From contig JASLKP010000005.1 of the NCBI GenBank assembly GCA_030747485.1, positions 6,006-70,005 of the forward strand: a stretch of DNA of 64,000 nucleotides, read 5' to 3'. Positions 31,077-42,279 of the stretch are shown here, one piece after another. Below the pieces are notes generated by a model, which saw only the letters and a list, made by a program, of their open reading frames with translations, ran no database searches and had not been told where the DNA came from. How positions within the stretch are numbered: position 1 is the first letter of the stretch; the number at the start of each line of letters is the position of its first letter. Origin of the DNA: Candidatus Thalassarchaeaceae archaeon (GTDB lineage Archaea > Thermoplasmatota > Poseidoniia > Poseidoniales > Thalassarchaeaceae). Both the position numbers and the translations under genes were made by a program.

Positions 31077-31544
31077 TCACTTCTTACGCTGCACTCCAAG
31101 CGTGAGGCCTGTTCGGCCATTTGAACGAGTTCGCTGACCGCGAACTGATTTACGAGCAGCGTGGCGTAGACCGCGATATGCTTTGGAAGCACGTAAACGA
31201 TCGATGTCGTCTTTCTGTGTCATTTCAACATCCATTGAAAACAATTGGAATTCATCCCCTGTCTCAATATCTCGTTGACGGTTCAACATCCACACAGGTA
31301 CCTTCGTAGGATATGATTCAATGGCGTCTCGGATACTGTCTTGCTCTGAATCGCTAAGATGTCCACCCAACTTGTTGGTGTCGATTTCTGCAATTTTACA
31401 AATCATTAGAGCTGTTCTAACTCCCACGCCTTTCACACTGGTAAGACCCATTCCAATCGGAGTGAGTCCGTCTACGTCACTGTCAGCAAGTCTGATGATG
31501 TAATTGAAATCATCACCAAGTTCTGACTCGTCTATTTTCGCCAT
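31077..31544 (-). CDS. rps13: 30S ribosomal protein uS13
   Basis: LTSVKGVG, WMLNRQRD, YRGLRH, VRGQRTRSNGR. Confidence 0.97.
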   Translation of the reverse strand: MAKIDESELGDDFNYIIRLADSDVDGLTPIGMGLTSVKGVGVRTALMICKIAEIDTNKLGGHLSDSEQDSIRDAIESYPTKVPVWMLNRQRDIETGDEFQLFSMDVEMTQKDDIDRLRASKAYRGLRHAARKSVRGQRTRSNGRTGLTLGVQRKK

Positions 31545-31646
31545 TTTTGGGTCCTCCCCTGTTCACCAGTTGCCCAGTGGCCTCGTTTGAAGCGTCTTCG
31601 CGACTCGCCTCCCCTATTTGAACAACACGCAGGGAGTGAGATGCCC

Positions 31647-32954
31647 CTACGGGGCAGGTGAATCATGTTCTTTACAAATTAAATAGCCGTTATTGGCCTC
31701 AGCGATGAAACCTGGATTTGATGCATTTTGTTGAGATATGTTTCGCATTTCTCGATCTATTTTTGATTGTAATTTCGGTTGTAGTTCAGGATTTAGGGCA
31801 CAGCGTAATTTGAGAGAGGAAAGGCCCAAATCACCTGCTTTTTGAGCAATTTCCTGAATCAAATGAATTTCTAATTCAGGAATATATGCAACGACTTCTC
31901 CAGAAATTTGGACAAATGAAAATACCATTTCATATGTTTTTTCAGAGACATGAAGTTCATGAAAAGTGGAAAGGATGGGTTCCGAACTGATTAATGTCGG
32001 TCTGCGACCTGTGACGACATCCCACCTTGGTTCGCTCATTGATGCGATCTTCTTCCATGATTCAGCCAAGCCACTGGCGATGAGGCAGGGGTCTGTGATT
32101 GTCAGGTGCTCTCCGATTTCAACATCCTTTTGATTGACAACTGTAGGCTCTGATTCACCTGTGAATATACCTGAAAAGTCTCCGCTCTTGTTCAATCGAA
32201 CCAAACGATTAGGTTGAGGACATGCGGCTGGTCCGACCCATAGAGACAATCGGTCAATGCGTCCTCTACCTTGTGTCATCCATTGCCAAGTCATTGGAGA
32301 ATTGGGCCAAATTGTAGAAACAATCGCCGCGACTTCCTCTCTTTGAGTATCTGACAACCTTGGTGACAAGTCAAGAATCAATGCTGCTTGAGGAGGCATT
32401 AATGGTGCCCATGCTGAGAGTAATTTGTCCAAGGGAGGTTGCATTTCACTCAATGAATGCTGTTGTGCATCCGGTGGGCGTGCAGGATCTACATGAAGTA
32501 GTGAAATTGGTAATGTAGATTCTGAATGCTCTCTGTATATCTGTAAAATTTCATTTGCGTCAATTCCATTTCCCCATAGTATTCGACTTGATTCACTCCA
32601 ATTGCTCCCATCTTCTGCCCAATCTCCACATCTCTCAAGATTAATTGCGGCCAACGGAGCCACTGCACCAGACAATTCAACACCCAATCCCGGTTGATTC
32701 AAGTTCGCACACAAAGCAGCAAGTTGTGTGCCACTGCCACATGCTGGATCTAGAATGATTCCTGGCTCAAGGTTACAATCGTCCAATAACTTCGATTTTG
32801 CACGGGCCACGGTCCAAGGAGTTGCAAAACGGTGCATTTCATTTGTTGCATGAATTGGAGGGCCACTCAATTCTTGTCGAATGGGTGCGCTAGATTCTGC
32901 GTAATCTTTGGCCTTTTCATCGACCACCATCACAACCGGTTGGATGGCAGGCAT
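31647..32954 (-). CDS. Class I SAM-dependent methyltransferase (THUMP-like associated family)
   Basis: RFATPW, ILDPACGSG, HVDPAR. Confidence 0.75.
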   Translation of the reverse strand: MPAIQPVVMVVDEKAKDYAESSAPIRQELSGPPIHATNEMHRFATPWTVARAKSKLLDDCNLEPGIILDPACGSGTQLAALCANLNQPGLGVELSGAVAPLAAINLERCGDWAEDGSNWSESSRILWGNGIDANEILQIYREHSESTLPISLLHVDPARPPDAQQHSLSEMQPPLDKLLSAWAPLMPPQAALILDLSPRLSDTQREEVAAIVSTIWPNSPMTWQWMTQGRGRIDRLSLWVGPAACPQPNRLVRLNKSGDFSGIFTGESEPTVVNQKDVEIGEHLTITDPCLIASGLAESWKKIASMSEPRWDVVTGRRPTLISSEPILSTFHELHVSEKTYEMVFSFVQISGEVVAYIPELEIHLIQEIAQKAGDLGLSSLKLRCALNPELQPKLQSKIDREMRNISQQNASNPGFIAEANNGYLICKEHDSPAP

Positions 32955-32999
32955 GCCGTGAGCAGACCACTAGATGGCATGGGTCTTTCGATATCATTG

Positions 33000-33977
33000 T
33001 CAGACGAATAATTGTTCAAGTTCTAACTCAAATCTAAGCCAACTTTGTTGTAATTCGTGTCCGTCATTATTTCCATATGCTAAATCCGGAGGCAATAGGA
33101 TTGTGTGTGATGTTCCCAGTAACGTCAATGATTCTTCCATATCAGCATCCAAACCTACCAATCCCCAACCGAATCCTTCAATGTAACAAACCCAAGGAAT
33201 TGGGGGTTCGGTATTGCACATTGGGTCTTCTCCAGCAGTTGCAGGGAGGATTCCATCGTCCAACTGTTCGCCAGTGTCTTCATCCCATACCGTATATTGA
33301 ACATTCATGCGTTCATTTCGGGCGTGTCGGTCTTTTTCACTACCATCTGAATATACTTCAACGTCAAGATACACTGTTGCAGAGGGTAGTGATACATGGG
33401 TTAGACTGACTGTAAACATGCCATCATCAATTCCTGCTTCCAATTGTAGAGGGACAACAACCGAATCCCCTGCTTCAATTTGCAACAATATTCCTTGTCC
33501 TTGTCCATCTATACTCACCGCTTCATGGTTGATTTTGATTGACAACGGTAAGGCATTATCGGAGTCGACATTGTGTATAGCCAAATGTGCATAATCACCC
33601 TGTCCTTGGTGCGCCCACGTACATAGTAACTCTCCGGGGAACCAGAATGTTTCATCTTGGGAGGACAAATCTGATGGCCAATTCCAATCGTCATTACGTG
33701 ACTCACAGCCTGGATCATAGAAGAGAAGGGTGGCCTCCCATGTCCAACGGCCATCCAATTGGATATCTTCTTCATCGATTGCTGCAAATGCACCATCGAA
33801 CTGATTGAGGAATGTCCATGCACCAATTCCAATCCAAATTCCGGCGATGATAATCATCAGTATTGTCCCGATACTTGTCATGATTGCTAGGCGAGGAACA
33901 GCCATCTCATTGAAGCCCAATGGAACGATTGGGTGTTCTTCCGCTTCAGGACGATCCGATATCCAAGAGCCGCTCAC
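33000..33977 (-). CDS. Membrane-anchored protein with C-terminal FKBP-like PPIase domain
   Basis: One N-terminal TM; VQYTVW..GEQLD, IEGFGWGLVG, LPPDLAYG, WLRFELEL. Confidence 0.7.
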   Translation of the reverse strand: MSGSWISDRPEAEEHPIVPLGFNEMAVPRLAIMTSIGTILMIIIAGIWIGIGAWTFLNQFDGAFAAIDEEDIQLDGRWTWEATLLFYDPGCESRNDDWNWPSDLSSQDETFWFPGELLCTWAHQGQGDYAHLAIHNVDSDNALPLSIKINHEAVSIDGQGQGILLQIEAGDSVVVPLQLEAGIDDGMFTVSLTHVSLPSATVYLDVEVYSDGSEKDRHARNERMNVQYTVWDEDTGEQLDDGILPATAGEDPMCNTEPPIPWVCYIEGFGWGLVGLDADMEESLTLLGTSHTILLPPDLAYGNNDGHELQQSWLRFELELEQLFV

Positions 33978-34036
33978 GGTGTCCCTTCAACAAAGGTCCC
34001 GCATCAACATTCGCACGGCTTAATTCATCAAAAATA

Positions 34037-37000
34037 TCAATCCTGAGCCAATTGAAGTTGATGGCGCGTCCCCAGCCAGGCCACAATACCGAGTTCCACA
34101 CCTAGTGCGAGAAGCATGAGGAGTAACATCTCAGAATCGAGGACATTGTCCTGTAAGATGAGCAACCAAACAGCAATTGAAAGAACCAGATCAAATGCAC
34201 CCATTACCCGCATTCCTCTTCTAAGTTGTAAGATGCCCCCCACCCATGTAACAAGTGAAAGAGCAAGGATTGAGACAACCATCCAACCATTCCAACCTGT
34301 CACTGCCAATACGCCAATCGGGAGTAGGATGTGAGCATTCCAAAGCCATGCAGTTGTCCATTTTGGTAGGTTGTACAATATTGTGTATAAATGTGCTAAC
34401 ACCATGACGAGGGCTGTCAACAAAATGGTCCATGAAATGTAGGTCATGTAGGTGCTTGAATAATCAAACCACGGACTGAAAGCAAGTAATGATGCTAATC
34501 CCGCATTGATTGCCATTGCAGCACCTGCGGGTTGCTTCCAGTCAAAGGAACGGCGAAGACAGAGTAACGATGCAAGAAGGCCGGCAGGGCCTGCTGATAC
34601 AAGGACAATCATGAATGCAAAACCACCTCTTCCTGCTGCACCACGATGGTCAGGCATTCCTTTTGTCCGACGGAATCCCTCAATCCATTCCCATACGCAT
34701 ACAAGCATGAAAAGTACTGCTTCGTGGAATAACCATGGAACCATCCAATCGACCATCGAGATATTGGAATCTAGAGGATTTACAGACATTGGAAATGGAA
34801 CGGCGTTGATGAATAACGCACCAAATACACGGGTTAGTAACAGCACCATTACGACCCATTCAACAGCACTAGGAATTCGCCATGCTAAATCATCACGCCC
34901 GTATAGTGAATTCATCGCCAAACCCAACAATGCAAAGGTGAGAACGAGCAGGTCCAACTGAGCATTCAGGGAACCATGTATTCCAAAATGTCCCACGAGG
35001 TAAATGAGGCCTAAGCCACACATTGTCACAGCAAAGGGCAATTCTATGCCATTAAAATCGGGTAATCGAAGGTGTTGGATTCTCGCGCGCTCTCGTGAAA
35101 TCCATGTCAACGCGAGTGCAAATAATGTGACGACCAACATCAAACCAGGATTTGATGACGAATCAAAATATGCAAACCAACATGCTGCAAATGTAGTCAC
35201 TGCAATAAATGAGATTACAATGATTGGTCTATGGTGGATATCTCCAACCAAGAGATCCATCTCTTCGTTACCATATGCACCTGCCTTGCGTCGTCTTTTC
35301 CTTTGTTTTTCCATTAATGATAACAGTTCTGAATCTGCCATTTTCATACTACCTTTAGAAACTGCTTGTGAAATTGATTTTGCCAATTCACCAGTCGGGT
35401 CTGAAGCAGCCTTGGCGGCGAGAGTTTCATCAGAAAAATGATACAAATTCGAACCCTGTTGCAACTCTAGAGGAACTTCATCAGCATCTTGTGAAACTAC
35501 TAGAGCAGATTCTGAAGTAGAAACTGTTTCTGGAATCAGCGATGTGCCACGAGTTGGGGCTTCAAGCAATGGACTCTGTTGAGCGGATACATTGGCAAGA
35601 TTACCCGATTCAAGCGCTGCTGCAATTTGCTGTTTTCGTGCAATTGAAATTAATCTCGCTTCTCTTTTACCAACCTGTTTCAGTTCAGCACGGAGTTCAC
35701 CTTGAGCGGCCAGATACAATGCTGTTCCAACAAACAGAGCCAATGCGATGATTGATTGGCTCCAATGCATATCATCTCCTGATGTAGCCCAAATCAATAG
35801 AGTCAAGAGAAGTACAATTGTAATTGCTGGCTGGAGAATTTTCTCTAATTTACTGGCAATCGGGAGATATACTGCGACGATGCAAATACTAGCTAACAGA
35901 ATCACACCTCCCGTCATACTACGCGTAAGAGGTTCTGGATCAATGAGAGGGAAGGAGATGTGTCGATCCAATGAGAAGAGCATGATTTGTACACTAAGTA
36001 GCCCCATTGTTAGCGATAATAACTCAGAGTTTGGTCCGTCTTCTCCACGTGTCAGAAGAATGATGACTGAAGCCGCTGTAAGTATAGTAATCCAAGCAAC
36101 ATGTACTCCAAAGTTCCATTGGAATACAATCATGACGATTGCTAAAGAAATGAGAATCAACCGTGGATTGTCCTGATGTCGGCCCTGTGCTTCTGCTGTA
36201 ATATGGACGATTGCCAAAACAGAGAATCCAATGATTGAAAGCGAACCAATATTATGGCTGACATCGACAAACATCAACCACACAATGAGACCTGATATTA
36301 GGCCTAAGTTCCACAATCTCATTAGACCTGAATCCCTAAGTCGAGCTGTCAATTCAGATGCTCCAATCAGTTTTCCTGCGATGTTCACACCAGTTTCTCC
36401 TAATTTCATATTCACTGGATATTGTAACAACGCCGCGATTGTCAAATATATCGCAACAAAGGAAGGGTCCAACATAATCACATCCCATCCGCTAACATCA
36501 ATTTCTCTAGCATCTGAAAAGTTATCCAATGAAGATGTCCAAAATCGATATACTAACATCCACAACCAGGGTGCGAGAACAGTAACACCTGCAATACTTG
36601 GAGAGTCACGATGAAGGGCAAGAGCTGCCGTTGAAATATGAAGTATGACAAATGAAATGAGGAGTAACTTGCCTTCATCACCGCCAATATTAGTTGACTC
36701 TGCAGGGATTAGAATAGTTAACAATAGCATGAGGACCAAACTTCCAATCCACAATACACGATCGGTGACATTTGATTGGTGTTTTAGTAAGATACCAATG
36801 GTCACCAATGCCGACAATGCCGCAAAGGATTCATATCCAGAAAATGGCAATTGAGAATCACCGATGATGGCCTTCGAGATTTCTTTTGACTCCAACATAA
36901 CCAGTAATATCAAGAGAATCGGGAGAGCACTCAATAGGGGTTTGAGGACTTCTTTCTCATCTACTCCACGGACGACCAAGTACGAGCCACCATAGACTGC

Positions 37001-38152
37001 GATTAAAGTCATCAAAATTCCGAGGGCATATCCTGTTACATCTCTCCCACTTGCCAATAGTAACATTGCACCAATCATTCCCAACCCGATTGATACACCC
37101 CACAATCCTGGTTTACCCAGTCCAGTAATTGCAATTCCTTTGCTGAACCAATTTTCCTCGCGCGCGAATCTTGCCGCCATTGCTCCGTTGATTCCTGTGG
37201 TTGCCAATGCAAGCAAAAACAAGGGCATTGGATCATTCAATGGCAATATGACCAATGCGCCAATGTGCAGTGGATTAGATTGAATCGCATGGAATCCTAT
37301 CCATAAATGACTAGCAGCAATCCCGAGCGATGCTAAATTTCCACTGCGGCGATGAAGGGCAAGTCCGTGTAACAAAATGATTGCAATGAGAATCATTATC
37401 GTAACTCCCAATTCTCCACCAATCGATCCTGCCGCAGATGCAATGGCTAGAGAGACTAAGGTTGCTTGGGCCATGATGGCATCATGACCATGACGATATC
37501 CTACGAGAATATTAACGCCAACCAATCCAATGAGAGTGACGCCTAGAGTTTGGGTGTCTATCCATTTCCAATGATGTGCATCTAAGGCCAAACCATACAT
37601 CAATTTCATTGAAATTATCACCCAAGTTACACCAAGTAAATGCATTCCTTTGTCAGGAATCCAACGCTCACCAAGAACAAAACCAAGAGTCGCTAAACCG
37701 ACGAGTCCTGCTGTCGCTGCAAAAGGGTCGAGGGCAGTTGCAACCAACCAACCCACTAGACTGTATACGAAGATCATTGCAACCATCAGGGCCCAATGTA
37801 AACGACGTTCCCCCTCTACTGCAATTTCTGTAATGGTATCCATTTCGGGCGTCATATACACCGTTCCATCTGGGAGAACATCTCCTGGATTCGGCCCAGA
37901 ATCTTTCTCAAATGGATCAAACATATCGCCTATGGCCTCATCAATTTCTTCTGAAGGTGATGGTTCAGGCAAAGCGCCTGCGGTCGCATCAGTGGGAGAT
38001 GAACCAGCCTTAGCGGGCTTCTTTGCTGATTCTAATGAGTCATCTGAAAGGAAGGCTCCAAGGTCAATTCCGCCACCCATCTCAAAGTTACGAGAATCGA
38101 TGATTCTGTCCTTCGCAGGAAGGGGAGCATCGTCCTCTTGGCCCTCGCCCAT
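34037..38152 (-). CDS. Very large polytopic membrane protein of unknown function
   Basis: ~1370 aa with dozens of hydrophobic helices, an acidic disordered N-terminus and a central soluble segment. Confidence 0.75.
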   Translation of the reverse strand: MGEGQEDDAPLPAKDRIIDSRNFEMGGGIDLGAFLSDDSLESAKKPAKAGSSPTDATAGALPEPSPSEEIDEAIGDMFDPFEKDSGPNPGDVLPDGTVYMTPEMDTITEIAVEGERRLHWALMVAMIFVYSLVGWLVATALDPFAATAGLVGLATLGFVLGERWIPDKGMHLLGVTWVIISMKLMYGLALDAHHWKWIDTQTLGVTLIGLVGVNILVGYRHGHDAIMAQATLVSLAIASAAGSIGGELGVTIMILIAIILLHGLALHRRSGNLASLGIAASHLWIGFHAIQSNPLHIGALVILPLNDPMPLFLLALATTGINGAMAARFAREENWFSKGIAITGLGKPGLWGVSIGLGMIGAMLLLASGRDVTGYALGILMTLIAVYGGSYLVVRGVDEKEVLKPLLSALPILLILLVMLESKEISKAIIGDSQLPFSGYESFAALSALVTIGILLKHQSNVTDRVLWIGSLVLMLLLTILIPAESTNIGGDEGKLLLISFVILHISTAALALHRDSPSIAGVTVLAPWLWMLVYRFWTSSLDNFSDAREIDVSGWDVIMLDPSFVAIYLTIAALLQYPVNMKLGETGVNIAGKLIGASELTARLRDSGLMRLWNLGLISGLIVWLMFVDVSHNIGSLSIIGFSVLAIVHITAEAQGRHQDNPRLILISLAIVMIVFQWNFGVHVAWITILTAASVIILLTRGEDGPNSELLSLTMGLLSVQIMLFSLDRHISFPLIDPEPLTRSMTGGVILLASICIVAVYLPIASKLEKILQPAITIVLLLTLLIWATSGDDMHWSQSIIALALFVGTALYLAAQGELRAELKQVGKREARLISIARKQQIAAALESGNLANVSAQQSPLLEAPTRGTSLIPETVSTSESALVVSQDADEVPLELQQGSNLYHFSDETLAAKAASDPTGELAKSISQAVSKGSMKMADSELLSLMEKQRKRRRKAGAYGNEEMDLLVGDIHHRPIIVISFIAVTTFAACWFAYFDSSSNPGLMLVVTLFALALTWISRERARIQHLRLPDFNGIELPFAVTMCGLGLIYLVGHFGIHGSLNAQLDLLVLTFALLGLAMNSLYGRDDLAWRIPSAVEWVVMVLLLTRVFGALFINAVPFPMSVNPLDSNISMVDWMVPWLFHEAVLFMLVCVWEWIEGFRRTKGMPDHRGAAGRGGFAFMIVLVSAGPAGLLASLLCLRRSFDWKQPAGAAMAINAGLASLLAFSPWFDYSSTYMTYISWTILLTALVMVLAHLYTILYNLPKWTTAWLWNAHILLPIGVLAVTGWNGWMVVSILALSLVTWVGGILQLRRGMRVMGAFDLVLSIAVWLLILQDNVLDSEMLLLMLLALGVELGIVAWLGTRHQLQLAQD

Positions 38153-38250
38153 GACACCAAGCCAAACCGATGCAGCATAAGACTCGCCCTTCTTTGAATA
38201 CACCTTATGCTTCAAAATGCACTATAAACATCAGAGGGACGGAGGACGGC

Positions 38251-39867
38251 ATGGAACTCCCAATCATTGGCTGCGCAGGAGTTCATGGGACCATTGGATT
38301 GAGTGAACATGGAATAACACCTCAAGGTGAGGTTCACTGGAATTTAGAATGGCAAGCACTATACCGATTAGCATTGGCAAGAGATGAAGCTGTTTTATCA
38401 GCCAACGGGGTATTAGTTGCCCGTACAGGCGAACGTACTGGTCGCTCACCTAACGACAAATTCATTGTCAAGGAAGGTGAATCAGCAGAACAAATTTGGT
38501 GGGGCGAGGTGAATGTCCCAACGACACCTGCAGTGTTCAACGCACTGAAGGACAAAGTGTGTGACTATCTATCATCGAAAAAAGATTTATTCGTGCAGGA
38601 TTTACATTGTGGGGCTGACGCTGATGAGAGGTTGGCGATTCGTGTAGTCACAGAGAATGCTTGGCATGCCGCATTCTCAAGGAACATGTTTCTCAGACCA
38701 TCAAGCAGTGAAATTGAGACGCATTTACCTGAATTTACTATTCTACACGCCCCTCATTTTCTAGCAAATCCCGAAGAAGATGGAACAAACTCTGATGTTT
38801 TCGTGATGATTTCATTTGAAGAACGTACAGTCATCATCGGAGGAACTCAATATGCTGGAGAAATTAAGAAATCCATTTTCTCGATTATGAACTATTTATT
38901 GCCCACTCGAGGACACTTACCGATGCATTGTTCTTCAAACACGACGGGTGAAAATACAGCCGTGTTCTTCGGTCTATCTGGTACCGGGAAAACTACACTG
39001 TCAGCAGATCCTGCTCGGGCACTTGTGGGGGATGATGAACATGGATGGAATAAGAAAGGTGTGTTCAATTTTGAAGGAGGGTGTTATGCTAAACTGATTG
39101 ACCTCTCAGAAGAAGATGAACCAGCAATATATGCGACAACACGAATCCCTGGTTCTATTCTTGAAAATATTATCTTAGACAAAAATGGAATTCCTGATTT
39201 CAATGATGACTCAATTACTGCAAACACTCGAGGATCATACCCGATTGAATATATCGAAAATCGAACCATCGATAGTATGGCAGGTCATCCTCAAAATGTC
39301 GTATTTCTCACCTGTGATGCATTCGGTGTTCTTCCACCAATCAGTAGACTCACTCCAGAACAAGCAGCCTATCACTTCATTTCGGGATATACAGCAAAAG
39401 TCGCAGGAACCGAAGTGGGAGTGAAAGAGCCACAAGCAACATTCTCCGCCTGCTTTGGAGCCCCATTCATGCCGATGCATCCTAGTGTATATGCTGATCT
39501 TCTAGCAACAAAGATGGCTCAACATGGGGCCACGTGTTGGTTACTCAATACTGGTTGGGTTAATGGGGGCTATGGTCATTCAAAGCGTATCAAAATCAAA
39601 TGGACGCGTGCCCTACTTAATGCAGCACTGGATGGTAGTCTAAACAACGTAGACTTCGTCATAGATCCACGATTTGGCTTTGAAATTCCTCAATCTTGTA
39701 ACAATGTACCTGACGAAATTTTGAATCCGCGTGACACGTGGAGTGATACAAGTGCATACGACGTTACAGCAGACAAATTATCAAGGATGTTTGGTGAAAA
39801 TTTCATTCAGTTTGCTGAAGGAACAAGTGAATCTGTCCTAAACGCAGCACCCAAACCCCTCTCATGA
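38251..39867 (+). CDS. pckA: Phosphoenolpyruvate carboxykinase (ATP)
   Basis: TGRSPNDK, YAGEIKK, GLSGTGKTTLS, GDDEHGW, NFEGGCYAK; GGAGG RBS. Confidence 0.97.
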   Translation: MELPIIGCAGVHGTIGLSEHGITPQGEVHWNLEWQALYRLALARDEAVLSANGVLVARTGERTGRSPNDKFIVKEGESAEQIWWGEVNVPTTPAVFNALKDKVCDYLSSKKDLFVQDLHCGADADERLAIRVVTENAWHAAFSRNMFLRPSSSEIETHLPEFTILHAPHFLANPEEDGTNSDVFVMISFEERTVIIGGTQYAGEIKKSIFSIMNYLLPTRGHLPMHCSSNTTGENTAVFFGLSGTGKTTLSADPARALVGDDEHGWNKKGVFNFEGGCYAKLIDLSEEDEPAIYATTRIPGSILENIILDKNGIPDFNDDSITANTRGSYPIEYIENRTIDSMAGHPQNVVFLTCDAFGVLPPISRLTPEQAAYHFISGYTAKVAGTEVGVKEPQATFSACFGAPFMPMHPSVYADLLATKMAQHGATCWLLNTGWVNGGYGHSKRIKIKWTRALLNAALDGSLNNVDFVIDPRFGFEIPQSCNNVPDEILNPRDTWSDTSAYDVTADKLSRMFGENFIQFAEGTSESVLNAAPKPLS

Positions 39868-39902
39868 GTCAATAGGCTGCAAAACCTTAGGCGAGTGTCC
39901 TT

Positions 39903-40601
39903 GTGGGACCCACAATGGAGACCCTCGCGGCGGACTACTTCCCTTCGATTTTCCAATCAGGCGGTAGTGTTACTGGACTCAATTTTCCAGATGAAGAGCC
40001 CATTTGGTCGATGTTGGATCAATCTAATCCATCAGGATTAGCATCACAACTAGAGTTTTTACTCAAAGGATTAGGATCAAACACACGTGGATTGCACTCA
40101 TCAATCACTGTTGATGAACGTAAAGGACCAGTACACATTGTAGATGGATCATTAATTGGGCCCAGTAGCCATATCGAAGGGCCAGCATACATCGCTGGAG
40201 AAGTACGTCATGGTGCCTTGGTACGAAGTCATTCATGGATTTGTAGAGGGGCGATTGTTGGGCACTCAACTGAAATCAAACATAGTCTATTGTTGCCCGG
40301 AGCAAAAGCGCCTCATTTCAATTACGTAGGAGATTCAATTCTAGGGCGGGATGTCAACCTAGGGGCAGGATGTAAGCTCTCTAATTTGAGAAATGATGGA
40401 CGACAAATCAGAATTAGAATTCATACAGGGGAATTCGTGGAATCTGAATTGAGAAAGTTTGGGGCGATTCTAGGTGAAGGTGTTCAAATTGGTTGTAACG
40501 CAGTTTGTAATCCCGGAACCATGCTCGGGCCAGAATGTAATGTCTGGCCAAATGTGACGGTTACGGGCTTCCACTCATCAGGTACTGTCCTTAGGAAGTG
40601 A
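39903..40601 (+). CDS. Stand-alone GlmU-like acetyltransferase (hexapeptide repeats)
   Basis: GHSTEIKHS, APHFNYVGDSILG..VNLGAG...SNLRND, LRKFGAILG; no nucleotidyltransferase domain. Confidence 0.82.
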   Translation: MGPTMETLAADYFPSIFQSGGSVTGLNFPDEEPIWSMLDQSNPSGLASQLEFLLKGLGSNTRGLHSSITVDERKGPVHIVDGSLIGPSSHIEGPAYIAGEVRHGALVRSHSWICRGAIVGHSTEIKHSLLLPGAKAPHFNYVGDSILGRDVNLGAGCKLSNLRNDGRQIRIRIHTGEFVESELRKFGAILGEGVQIGCNAVCNPGTMLGPECNVWPNVTVTGFHSSGTVLRK

Positions 40602-40605
40602 AGAT

Positions 40606-42279
40606 ATGGAACGCCCGCGATTACACGGGACTGATGGAATTCGTGGACGAATTGGGTTGTTTGAAGGTACCGACGAAGATGCATTGATTGCCCTCGTTGA
40701 AAATCGCCTTCTGAGTCATCGTTCGATGAGAATCATTGGAGAAGCAACCGGATTGTATCTGTGTGAAACAATTGGACTTTCTCCCCTCGTACTGATTGGA
40801 TGGGATCGGAGAGATGGAAATGCTGGACTTATTGACAATTTGGAATCTGGCCTTTCAGCGGCAGGTTGCCGAACTCTGAGAATTGGAGAGGTCCCCACTC
40901 CAGGCATTCATCATGCGGTTCTTTCAGCCTCCGCAGATGCTGGTATGATGATTACAGCGAGTCATAACCCTGCAACAGACTCTGGTGTCAAGTTGTTTAA
41001 TTCCGGGGGATTCAAATCGATGCCAGAAGAAGAAAATCAAATTTCTTCTCTTGCTTGGTCTCTAGTCGATGGTAGGTTAGCAACCCCACAAGAATCAGGG
41101 GAAATAATGGAAGTCATGGATGGAATAACTCTCTACCGCGAGAACCTGAAAAATCGATTAGAAACGTTTTGTGAACTACTCAATATACAATTTGAAGAGA
41201 TTGATTGGTCAGGAATTATTGGAACTCAAGGTCTTGTTTTGGATTGTTCAGGAGGAGCCGCAACATCATGGTTTTCAGATGGACTTAGTCGACGAGGTTT
41301 GAATAGCATCGAAGTGAGTAGTCTACTTGACCCCATTAACAAGAATTGCGGAGCGGGTGGATTATCTCCTACTGATTCATGGTCACTAGAAGAATTACTA
41401 CTCAATCACCGAGAGCATCGGCTACTATGGACACTCGGTCAGCGTTTACAAGAAAACGATGGGGTTCCCCCATGGTCTGTAGGTGAAATTGTTGGCGCAG
41501 CATTAGATGGAGATGGGGACCGCTGTTTGTTAATCGAAGCAACAGAACACGGATTGAAAGTTGTTGATGGTGATCTAATTTGTGACGATATATTGAGAGC
41601 AACTTCGATGATGGATGAACGGGCTTGGAAAGTAGCTACTAGTATCGAAAGTGATTTGGGGTTCTCTGCAAATCTTCAAAGATTGAATCAGCAGCATGAA
41701 TCAATCACAACTGCTGTCGGAGATCGTTGGTTATCTGTTGCTCTCTCTTCAGATGCTATTGGTAAGCAGAGATGGTTGCACTGTGAACAATTCCCTGCAG
41801 TCATCGGAACGGAGGACTCTGGACATTTGGTAATGCCAGTTCCTGTCCCAAATGAGGATAGACTATGGGGCATGGTAGGTGATGGTGCTGCAACACTATT
41901 GCTGGCATTATTATCTCGTGTTAAATTACGAGATGGTACTGGACCCAATTCGTTTGAACAGGGATGGAAAAAACGAATCTCAATCCAACCTAGTAATCGT
42001 AGCCTATGGACAGGAGACAATCGATTGGCCGATTTAATGCATGAGACTGCCGAATCCTGGTGTAAATCACCACTTCAAAGAATCTCAATTGAAGGTGAGC
42101 CTGCATTACTATTCCTTTCTGGAACCCTTCAAGAAAAACCGATCTCGATTGCAATTCGCAATTCTGGAACAGAAGCCAAAACGGCAATATCAGTCAGATT
42201 TTCGTCAGGAATTGAACGAGATGGTAGCGAATTAATCGAAACCTTGATTGATACACTTCAACCTCATCTAAAGCCATAA
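40606..42279 (+). CDS. glmM: Phosphoglucosamine mutase-like phosphohexomutase
   Basis: GTDGIRG, TASHNP, DGDGDR, VGDR, GTEDSGH, RNSGTE; next to the GlmU-like gene. Confidence 0.78.
   Translation: MERPRLHGTDGIRGRIGLFEGTDEDALIALVENRLLSHRSMRIIGEATGLYLCETIGLSPLVLIGWDRRDGNAGLIDNLESGLSAAGCRTLRIGEVPTPGIHHAVLSASADAGMMITASHNPATDSGVKLFNSGGFKSMPEEENQISSLAWSLVDGRLATPQESGEIMEVMDGITLYRENLKNRLETFCELLNIQFEEIDWSGIIGTQGLVLDCSGGAATSWFSDGLSRRGLNSIEVSSLLDPINKNCGAGGLSPTDSWSLEELLLNHREHRLLWTLGQRLQENDGVPPWSVGEIVGAALDGDGDRCLLIEATEHGLKVVDGDLICDDILRATSMMDERAWKVATSIESDLGFSANLQRLNQQHESITTAVGDRWLSVALSSDAIGKQRWLHCEQFPAVIGTEDSGHLVMPVPVPNEDRLWGMVGDGAATLLLALLSRVKLRDGTGPNSFEQGWKKRISIQPSNRSLWTGDNRLADLMHETAESWCKSPLQRISIEGEPALLFLSGTLQEKPISIAIRNSGTEAKTAISVRFSSGIERDGSELIETLIDTLQPHLKP

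Noticed and set aside
34116-38180. Multiple 100-180 aa antisense ORFs (also at 56997-57644, 2945-3382 and others)
   Set aside because: Shadow ORFs opposite well-supported genes, with no protein motifs
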